DNA of 39,820 bases from Candidatus Kaiserbacteria bacterium RIFCSPHIGHO2_01_FULL_55_37 (GTDB lineage: Bacteria; Patescibacteriota; Minisyncoccia; Phycocordibacterales; UBA2100): the NCBI GenBank assembly GCA_001781175.1, contig MFKY01000023.1, forward strand, positions 363 to 40,182, read 5' to 3'. Below, piece by piece: positions 1-6,491 of the stretch. Made by a program: the position numbers and the translations under genes. A model generated the notes under the pieces. That model saw only the letters and a program-made list of their open reading frames with translations. It made no database searches and was not told the origin of the DNA. Each line of letters begins with the position of its first letter. The stretch's first letter is position 1.

Positions 1-1752
1 GTTGGAACAGCGCGCGTCGCGCGTGCTCACCACATCGTACCGTTCGACACCGGAGAGAAGCTTGCAGGCGCTCACCTCGCTGCCGGGCTTTACCCAGAGC
101 GGGGCGTTTCCTGTCGCAGTGACGGTGAACGTATTGCTCACACCATCGTAGATTTCCGCGTGGATGACGAGGCGATAGGTGCCGGGCGGAAGGTCAAACG
201 GGATATACAGTAGATTGTCGGTGTTGGCGAAAAGCCCCGCGCCGGACGTGATGGCGCCTGTCGTGAGGTTCTCGAAATTCACCGCACCAAAGCCGCTACT
301 GAAGCGCACGGGTATGGTATCCGAACCCTTCGCGTAGCTTTGCCCCGCGGCCGGACTCGAGAATGTGACGGTGCTGTACGAGGAGCTGCCAGCTATCGTC
401 CCCGGCGAACAATTTTGATAGTAGTAGCTGCCGGAGAGAGCGCCATTGGTGCAGGTGCGCTGCTGTGAGACGCAAGTGCTTCCCGCCGGCACATTGCTCG
501 TCGAGTACGCGGTGATGCTCGTACCGTTCGCTATCGTGGTGTTCCATGGCGTCCTGCATGAACCCGCGACAGCACCGGAACTTACCTGTACGGGAACAGT
601 CGTTGAATACGAGCCGGCGTCACCCGCGGGAGCGCGGAGCATCGTGACACGGACCACCGGCGCTCCTCCGGTGAGGAAGCTCGCCGGTACGACAGCATAG
701 ATGGGACCGCCGCCGACCGTGAGCATTCCGAGTGAAACTTTGGTCGACCCGCTTTCGAGCGTGACGTTTGCGGGAGAGCCGGTGAGCCCGTTAGCCGTAG
801 CTGAAACGGTCACGGACCCATTCGGAGCGAGCACCTGATTGGATGTAGGGGAGACTATCTGGATGAAGGGTACCGGGGCGCCCTGTGCGCCCGCACTCGA
901 GCAGCGCACCTGCTGAATGACCCCGCCGACAGGCAATGTTTCCACACGATCGTCAACGATCATCGCAGCCGGGTCGGTCATCCAGCGAACCGCCGGGTCC
1001 ACACAGCGCGTACCCTTGATGGGGTCGTTGCATCTCGCGTCGCGGGATTGGAGGACATCATACCGTTCGGTATTAGCGTAGTACTTGCAGACCCTCCATG
1101 CTTGTTGCGGATGCACCCAATACGTCCCATCTGCGTTCGTGTTTGTCGCTGTATTTGTAGTCTGTGTTTGCGTTTGTGTTTGCAACTGCGTCTGATTCTG
1201 TGTTTGGGTTTGGGTTTGGGTTTGGGTTTGCGTGTTTGCGGTGTTGGTATTTGTATTGGCGTTTGTAGTGGTGTTGTCATTTGCAGTTGTACCCATTCCC
1301 GAGGTCGCACCGGCATTAGCGCCACATACGGCGGCTATTTTCGCACGCGTGAGCGAGCCGACGATACCGAAAGCGGGGAGGTTGAATTGCTTCTGGAAAC
1401 GGATGACGGTGGCTTCGGTGTTTTTCCAGAAGTAGCCGGTCACGAGACCTGATTCGGGCAGGTTGTAGTAGTCGGCGAGGAATGTCTGCAGTTCAATAAC
1501 CTGTCCGCCGTTTGCAGCGTCCCGTGCGCGGAGACGCATGTCGTTGGTGAGGTTGGGGCAGGATGCGGTGCTCGCTGATGCCGAGGACTCATCGAGAGTG
1601 GGAGTAGTCCCCGATTGCGCGAGTATCGCATTGATCTGCGCCGTAAGTGCTGCTAACTGCGCCTGCAACTCTCCGAGCGTGGCCGCCGAGGCGAAAAGGG
1701 GGGATGCGAGCAAGAGGAAGCCGGCACTAGCGAAGGCGATTTTTTTAAGCAT
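1..1752 (-). CDS. Secreted modular cell-surface protein, C-terminus cut by window edge (signal peptide, coiled coil, PG_binding_1-like domain, T/Q/N-rich linker, Ig-like domains, 4-Cys module)
   Basis: The frame is open from ATG 1752..1750 down to base 1 (584 codons, no stop). It is absent from the ORF track because it runs off the edge. The N-terminus MLKKIAFASAGFLLLASPLFASA is near-identical to that of the next gene. GGQVIELQTFLADYYNLPESGLVTGYFWKNTEATVIRFQKQFNL fits the peptidoglycan-binding domain pattern. There are two copies of a WV[HK]P..C..ERYDV...RDARC motif (1..99 and 1025..1122). Confidence 0.8.
   Translation of the reverse strand, partial: MLKKIAFASAGFLLLASPLFASAATLGELQAQLAALTAQINAILAQSGTTPTLDESSASASTASCPNLTNDMRLRARDAANGGQVIELQTFLADYYNLPESGLVTGYFWKNTEATVIRFQKQFNLPAFGIVGSLTRAKIAAVCGANAGATSGMGTTANDNTTTNANTNTNTANTQTQTQTQTQTQNQTQLQTQTQTQTTNTATNTNADGTYWVHPQQAWRVCKYYANTERYDVLQSRDARCNDPIKGTRCVDPAVRWMTDPAAMIVDDRVETLPVGGVIQQVRCSSAGAQGAPVPFIQIVSPTSNQVLAPNGSVTVSATANGLTGSPANVTLESGSTKVSLGMLTVGGGPIYAVVPASFLTGGAPVVRVTMLRAPAGDAGSYSTTVPVQVSSGAVAGSCRTPWNTTIANGTSITAYSTSNVPAGSTCVSQQRTCTNGALSGSYYYQNCSPGTIAGSSSYSTVTFSSPAAGQSYAKGSDTIPVRFSSGFGAVNFENLTTGAITSGAGLFANTDNLLYIPFDLPPGTYRLVIHAEIYDGVSNTFTVTATGNAPLWVKPGSEVSACKLLSGVERYDVVSTRDARCSN
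1202..1231. repeat. In-frame hexanucleotide tandem repeat (GTTTGG x4 + GTTTGC) encoding (Thr-Gln)n
   Basis: Read directly from the sequence. It lies inside a longer T/Q/N-rich low-complexity linker (about 1130..1300) of the 1..1752 CDS. The unit length is a multiple of 3, so slippage would change linker length but not frame. Confidence 0.9.
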
Positions 1753-1758
1753 GGTTAA

Positions 1759-1790
1759 AGTATGAGGGCTGTGATAATGAATCCAGTATG
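1759..1790 (-). promoter_or_regulatory. Putative promoter region: CATACT 6 nt upstream of the ATG, plus a 20-nt element shared with the paralogous gene
   Basis: Minus-sense CATACT at 1759..1764 with a 6-nt spacer to ATG 1752. The block 1771..1790 (plus strand GTGATAATGAATCCAGTATG) is 20/20 identical to 5560..5579. Confidence 0.4.
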
Positions 1791-1861
1791 GCACATCCAT
1801 TCCACCGACGGAGGGTCGATGTGCATAGCGAATCTATAGCGCAGGGCGCGGGAATATATAT

Positions 1862-1890
1862 GAAGCGGCCGCGTACAACGCGGCCGCTTC
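1862..1890 (-). terminator. Intrinsic terminator-like hairpin after the 1911..5543 gene
   Basis: Perfect 12-bp GC-rich stem GAAGCGGCCGCG/CGCGGCCGCTTC with a 5-nt loop, 21 nt downstream of the stop. It is followed on the minus strand by AU-rich ATATATATT. Confidence 0.6.
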
Positions 1891-1910
1891 TTTGCGCCCC
1901 GCCCGAAGTG

Positions 1911-4900
1911 TTACTTCAGGGAATTCAAGATGGCGATAATCGCGTTGAGCGCGCTCGCGAGCTGTGAAAGCATTTGCGTGTTTGCCGACGCAATCGTGAG
2001 TCCTGTCGCACTCCGAAGTGTCGGCCCCTGCGTGCCTTGGAACTCCGCACTGTTGATGAAGTTTTGCAGTACCGAATCGCGGCTCGCACCACCTTGCAAT
2101 TGGCCGACCCAGTAGTTGGGGCCGGAATCCGGCGCGCGGAAGAGCACGCACTGATAGAGGCTGTTCACGTAGTCGGTATCCGATGTTCCTCTGGCGCGAT
2201 ACTCGGCGGAATCGTAAAAGTTCCGGTACGCCGTGAGTAGCGAGCCGACCGAGTTAGTTTGTCCTACCCAGTAGTTCAAGCCCGCCGTATCAGCCGCGCG
2301 GCCCAAGACACAAGAGTACATCGACGTCCAGAATGCGTTGACTGTCGAAGGAACGCTCGAGCCGCTCTGCACCGTGCACGATGCGTTCGTGTACGAGCCG
2401 GAGAGCGAACCGTTCTGGCAGGTGCGCGTCTGCGCGGCGCATGTCTGCCCCGCTGCGACGCTCGACGCCTGGTACGCAGTGACGGAAGAACCGCTCGCTA
2501 TCGTTTGCCCGTTGAAGGTGCATGATTGAGCGGCAGGCGTCGAGCAGGTGAAGCTCGAGCCGTATGTTTGCGAACTCACGTTTGACCAGGCGCTGTTGGG
2601 AGAGGTTGCGCTGTTGTGAACCCACCAACTGTAGATTGTGCCCGCTTGCACCGGATACGTAATTGAGTTCGTTGTGACGTTGTCTTGGTAGCACGACGTC
2701 GGACTTGCCCACGAGTAACCGGATGGGCAGGCCGACTGTGAAGTCTGCGCGGAAGCGGCAATGCGCGGGAATGAATATACAGCTCCCGGGCCGCGGGTCC
2801 AACTGAGTGTTACCGACGTGCCCCCGTTGCAGGCGGCGGAGAGGGCGGAAGGTTGAGGGGGTGTCAATTGGGGCATCTCGGGACCGATAGTGAACGGCTG
2901 ACTCATGGCGATGAGCGCGTTATTGACGGTCGCCAGCACTTTCAGATAGTAGGTCCCCGCCGGCGATACGCTCGGCATCGAAATACCGCCGCTTCCGCTG
3001 CCGGATGCGATAGGCGCTGAGGCGACGTTCGTCTCGGTATTGTTGTTCGTAAGGAATACTCCCTGCACTCCCGGGGGAAGATTCTGGTACGTGAACGTGA
3101 TGTTGGGCCGGGTCGTATTCGTAACGGTAATGGATGGCACGGGAGTCGGGGTTGACTGCCGGCAAATGAACGACTTTCTCGTGACGGAGCTCCAACCGCT
3201 CGCATTGAGCCCGTGCACCCACCACTCATACATAGTGTTCGGTGTGATGCTCACCGACACGGAGGTTCCGGTCAGACCGTCGTTCACGTACTCCGTCGGG
3301 GAGACACATCCGGCGTTGCCCAGACTGCTCATGAGCGGGCCGGTGCACGTGAGTGCCGGGTCGTCCACGCGGACAGGATACGAGGTGGCGTTCGGGACAC
3401 CTCCCCAGGAAAGCGTCGCGCGGGTACCATCGGGACTGCATAGTGCGTCCTTCATCGGTGGCTGGATCGGCATCTGCGAAACGGGTATCGGGGTCGTCCA
3501 ACATCGGTACCCATAGAGTGACTGATTCGAACATACATCAAGGGAGACGTTTACGGTCGCCGTACTGCCGTCTATGGGCAATTGGCCGCTTACCCTGCTG
3601 GGCGTAACAATGCCAAGAAGCCGTAGTGCAATGGTCCCTCCGGCATATGACGCAAGATTCGCTTGCATTGCAGCGGACAGCGTGTACGTCTTTGTCTCAC
3701 CGGCGCTTATCCACGCATCGGGTAGTGGCATTGAAAGCAAATGGTCGGCATCAAAGCCGGCCGGAGAAGAATTCGTGGAACCATTTTCGCTTGTGATGAC
3801 TACGTGATGAACAGCGCCGTCGGTACCGAGACCCGTTTGCTGAATCTTAACCCGCTGCAATTGTATCGAGGTACCCCCGGAATTTCTAAGTGTGAATTTC
3901 GTCAGCGGAACAATGGTGGCTTGCGGGGCGATAGTACTGGACGGCTGCGGCGTCAGCCCGATAACGAGACCGCTCGTGGGGGTCGGAAGTGCGACAAAGC
4001 TGAATGGCAGATCGGACTTGTCGTCGACATAGCCCGTGCCGTCAGCTTTCTGGCCGGTGACGTAGACTTTGAAGGTGTTGCCGAGTTCATTCACGGCTCC
4101 AAGCTCGGCCGTAGTGGGTGTCCAAGTAAATTGGTAAACATCGCCGCTTTGAGCTGCCGCGGTTGGCACTTGGTCTTTGGCTAACCATTTCATCCACTGA
4201 TCGCTTTTGTACAACGCAATCGATACTGATTTGATTCCCGATGCACGGTAATTTATTACTGAGGTCTGACCATTTAAGGTCAGCTGCTCCCCGCCATTTG
4301 GGCTGACGACCTGAAGTCTCGCCTGCGACGTACTCGGATTAATGATGATCTCGTCGTCGGCAAAGGTACCGCCTCTGGAGCAACGCAGTAGAATGAAGTT
4401 CTTGTACTCGGGGATGCTAGTGTATACGTATGCGTAGACACTCCGCGTACCCGAAGCAGGCACACCCGTGATGTAAGCGTACGGTGCATCCGGGCTTTCC
4501 TGCACACCGTGAATGTTGCATGTCGATCCGGCCAGTGACGACCAACTTATCGTGATTGGTTGGTTGTGCGTAAGGACCATCGGCCCATCCGAACCATTTA
4601 CTTTTAGATCCGCCGTGGGACGCGTCAGGAGCGTGAACGGGGCATCACTTCTGTCGGTGGCCCCTGTCACGCGATTGCTTGCGCGGACGTAGTACCGTCC
4701 CGGCTCAGCCCAGTTGTCGTATCCACCGATGTTGAAGTACGTGTGCAAAGACGCTTTCCCGGTATCCATGACTTGCCCGACGGTCGAGCCGTCGAGGCGC
4801 TCAAGAAACACATTGACATCCCTCGCGGGATTCACGTCAGGGTTGTAGCCGTATGGTGCCCACGTGACGGTATTGAGCTGGCCTATCTCCCACTGCTCAC

Positions 4901-5543
4901 CTCCGTTGGGTGCCGTGACGGTGATTCCGGCGTTAGGAGTTGTCGCAACGCACCGGGTCGGACGTTCACATCCGTTGGAGTCAGTGCCTCCGCCGGTTGG
5001 GTAGTACCCCGGCGCGCAAGACACGACGGGCATGAGCGGACATGTTGAGTTCGCGGGCATGCGCGGCGATACCGGCGTTGCGCACGCAAGTGCCAACGCC
5101 CCACGCGTCTTGGGGCCGGTGGCGCCGTATCCGGTACTGGACGGATTGCCGGAAGAAACGACGCCGTTGGCGGCTTGCCATGATCGGAGCGCTGCTTGCG
5201 TAAGGGAACCGAAGTAACCCGACGACGCATCGCTCGCGAGATACCCTCGCGCTACGAGAAAGCCCTGTAGTTCTTTCACATCAGGGCCCGATGAGCCGAT
5301 GGTGAGGAAGCGCGTTATCTGGGTACATCTGCCGGACGTGCTGCTTGGTGTCGGTATTGAGGGCACCGAAAGCGTGGTGGGCTGTTGTCCGGTTTGGCTG
5401 GCAAGCTGTGCCTGCAGTCGTGTGAGTTGCGCAAGGAGAGCCTGAACTTGCGCCTGGAGATCGTTCGTGCTTTGCGCCGACGCGAGGAGAGGCGAGGCGA
5501 GTAAGAGGAGGCCGGCACTAGCGAACGCGATCTTTTTGAACAT
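1911..5543 (-). CDS. Giant secreted surface protein (1210 aa): signal peptide, coiled coil, PG_binding_1-like domain, multiple Ig/FN3-like modules, two WWVH modules, 4-Cys module, C-terminal DUF4214-like repeats
   Basis: ORF-track 1911..5729 was trimmed to ATG 5543, which gives the signal peptide MFKKIAFASAGLLLLASPLLASA. Coiled coil: LQAQVQALLAQLTRLQAQLA. PG-binding-like segment: GPDVKELQGFLVARGYL..GYFGSLTQAALRSWQ. DUF4214-like segments: GLNYWVGQ... and GPNYWVGQLQGGASRDSVLQNFINSAEF. Confidence 0.85.
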   Translation of the reverse strand: MFKKIAFASAGLLLLASPLLASAQSTNDLQAQVQALLAQLTRLQAQLASQTGQQPTTLSVPSIPTPSSTSGRCTQITRFLTIGSSGPDVKELQGFLVARGYLASDASSGYFGSLTQAALRSWQAANGVVSSGNPSSTGYGATGPKTRGALALACATPVSPRMPANSTCPLMPVVSCAPGYYPTGGGTDSNGCERPTRCVATTPNAGITVTAPNGGEQWEIGQLNTVTWAPYGYNPDVNPARDVNVFLERLDGSTVGQVMDTGKASLHTYFNIGGYDNWAEPGRYYVRASNRVTGATDRSDAPFTLLTRPTADLKVNGSDGPMVLTHNQPITISWSSLAGSTCNIHGVQESPDAPYAYITGVPASGTRSVYAYVYTSIPEYKNFILLRCSRGGTFADDEIIINPSTSQARLQVVSPNGGEQLTLNGQTSVINYRASGIKSVSIALYKSDQWMKWLAKDQVPTAAAQSGDVYQFTWTPTTAELGAVNELGNTFKVYVTGQKADGTGYVDDKSDLPFSFVALPTPTSGLVIGLTPQPSSTIAPQATIVPLTKFTLRNSGGTSIQLQRVKIQQTGLGTDGAVHHVVITSENGSTNSSPAGFDADHLLSMPLPDAWISAGETKTYTLSAAMQANLASYAGGTIALRLLGIVTPSRVSGQLPIDGSTATVNVSLDVCSNQSLYGYRCWTTPIPVSQMPIQPPMKDALCSPDGTRATLSWGGVPNATSYPVRVDDPALTCTGPLMSSLGNAGCVSPTEYVNDGLTGTSVSVSITPNTMYEWWVHGLNASGWSSVTRKSFICRQSTPTPVPSITVTNTTRPNITFTYQNLPPGVQGVFLTNNNTETNVASAPIASGSGSGGISMPSVSPAGTYYLKVLATVNNALIAMSQPFTIGPEMPQLTPPQPSALSAACNGGTSVTLSWTRGPGAVYSFPRIAASAQTSQSACPSGYSWASPTSCYQDNVTTNSITYPVQAGTIYSWWVHNSATSPNSAWSNVSSQTYGSSFTCSTPAAQSCTFNGQTIASGSSVTAYQASSVAAGQTCAAQTRTCQNGSLSGSYTNASCTVQSGSSVPSTVNAFWTSMYSCVLGRAADTAGLNYWVGQTNSVGSLLTAYRNFYDSAEYRARGTSDTDYVNSLYQCVLFRAPDSGPNYWVGQLQGGASRDSVLQNFINSAEFQGTQGPTLRSATGLTIASANTQMLSQLASALNAIIAILNSLK

Positions 5544-5559
5544 ACTAAAAATGTTTGAG

Positions 5560-5579
5560 GTGATAATGAATCCAGTATG
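5560..5579 (-). promoter_or_regulatory. Conserved 20-nt upstream element (copy 2)
   Basis: Identical to 1771..1790. It lies 16 nt upstream of ATG 5543. The minus-sense sequence is CATACTGGATTCATTATCAC. Confidence 0.4.
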
Positions 5580-5772
5580 CCACCTACCCACTCCGGGGCG
5601 AGGGGGTAGTGTGTACAATAGAATGAAGGCATGGATGCTACGGAGCAGCTGGGTATTCTCGGGAGATGCGCGTAATGCTGATGTCATTGACAAATCAGGA
5701 AAAGTACACCAGAGTGCCCTTGGTTTCATTGGTGAGGTTGTTATTTTTGGTGCCCCACAGAAGGAGGGCGTG

Positions 5773-6003
5773 ATGGGATCGAAACGTCCCAGTAAGCGGC
5801 GTACTCTGCTGCGAAAAGTAAGTTACACCCGAGGAAAGACGCGCGGACATGCGTCGATACAGCGACTGCTGGCCGCGCGCGGCATCGGCAAAAAAATCCG
5901 TCGGTACGCGAAATGTCTGCCGTGTGAACTCGGGCCAGCCTTTGTTCGGGCCCGATTTCTGAAGTCTATCAAATTCCACTGGGTGATACCGAGCAGGATA
6001 TAA
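5773..6003 (+). CDS. Small, very basic hypothetical protein (76 aa)
   Basis: AAGGAGG sits 5 nt upstream of ATG 5773, and an intrinsic terminator lies 21 nt after the stop. The sequence begins MGSKRPSKRRTLLRK.... No family was recognised. Two minus-strand ORFs of similar size overlap it, so its coding status is uncertain. Confidence 0.4.
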   Translation: MGSKRPSKRRTLLRKVSYTRGKTRGHASIQRLLAARGIGKKIRRYAKCLPCELGPAFVRARFLKSIKFHWVIPSRI

Positions 6004-6023
6004 ACTGCAAGGTATTCGCCTAC

Positions 6024-6054
6024 CCGTCGGCTTCGTGTCGGCGGTTCTTTTTTA
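6024..6054 (+). terminator. Intrinsic terminator
   Basis: Stem CCGTCGGC/GTCGGCGG (8 bp including 2 G-U pairs), loop TTCGT, followed by TTCTTTTTTA. Confidence 0.55.
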
Positions 6055-6098
6055 TGGACCATCCGCCCGCGTTGTTCCGGCATTTTTCCCTTTTATAA

Positions 6099-6128
6099 CG
6101 AGGCGTCGCCCTTTGGGGCGACGCCTCG
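6099..6128. other. Strong GC-rich hairpin of unclear role
   Basis: Perfect 12-bp stem CGAGGCGTCGCC/GGCGACGCCTCG with a 6-nt loop. The T-rich tract lies 5' of the stem in plus sense, so it is not a canonical terminator in either orientation. Confidence 0.5.
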
Positions 6129-6491
6129 TGAGCGCTTTCGCTACAGACTACAGTCCTCTGAGCTGATCGACGAGTGTCTGCAGCGCGGTAAGCACGCTAG
6201 CGAGCTGCGAGAGCGTCTGCTTCCCGTCAACGTACTCGGTCCAGAGCTTCTTGCACACCGGTAACTTTCTCCTCGCTGGCTGGAATTGAGGGCTGCAATT
6301 CAAACACTTGTATCGCCGAATGTCGTGTCGTTTCCCGTTTTTCTTGCCTCGTTAGTCGTTGCATTCCGGGCATATTCTCCCGTTTTTTTAGAACGCATCA
6401 TGATTATTAAGACTTTTGGATTGTGGTTGATATCACGAGCTTTATTCTGTCGCGAGAGATTACTCTCGACACCGTAAAGGGAGCGCAATTT

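Noticed and set aside
2259-5632. Many 60-170-aa ORFs in other frames and strands inside the 1911..5543 gene
   Set aside because: They are nested within a 1210-aa ORF that has a signal peptide and recognisable domains. Their products are Arg/Pro-rich frame noise.
5544-5729. 62-aa N-terminal extension of the 1911 ORF; similarly 8979..9110 for the 6492 ORF, 11444..11572 for the 9572 ORF and 12379..12399 for the 11440 ORF
   Set aside because: In each case an internal ATG gives a textbook signal peptide. The extensions overlap promoter or terminator elements or the upstream CDS.
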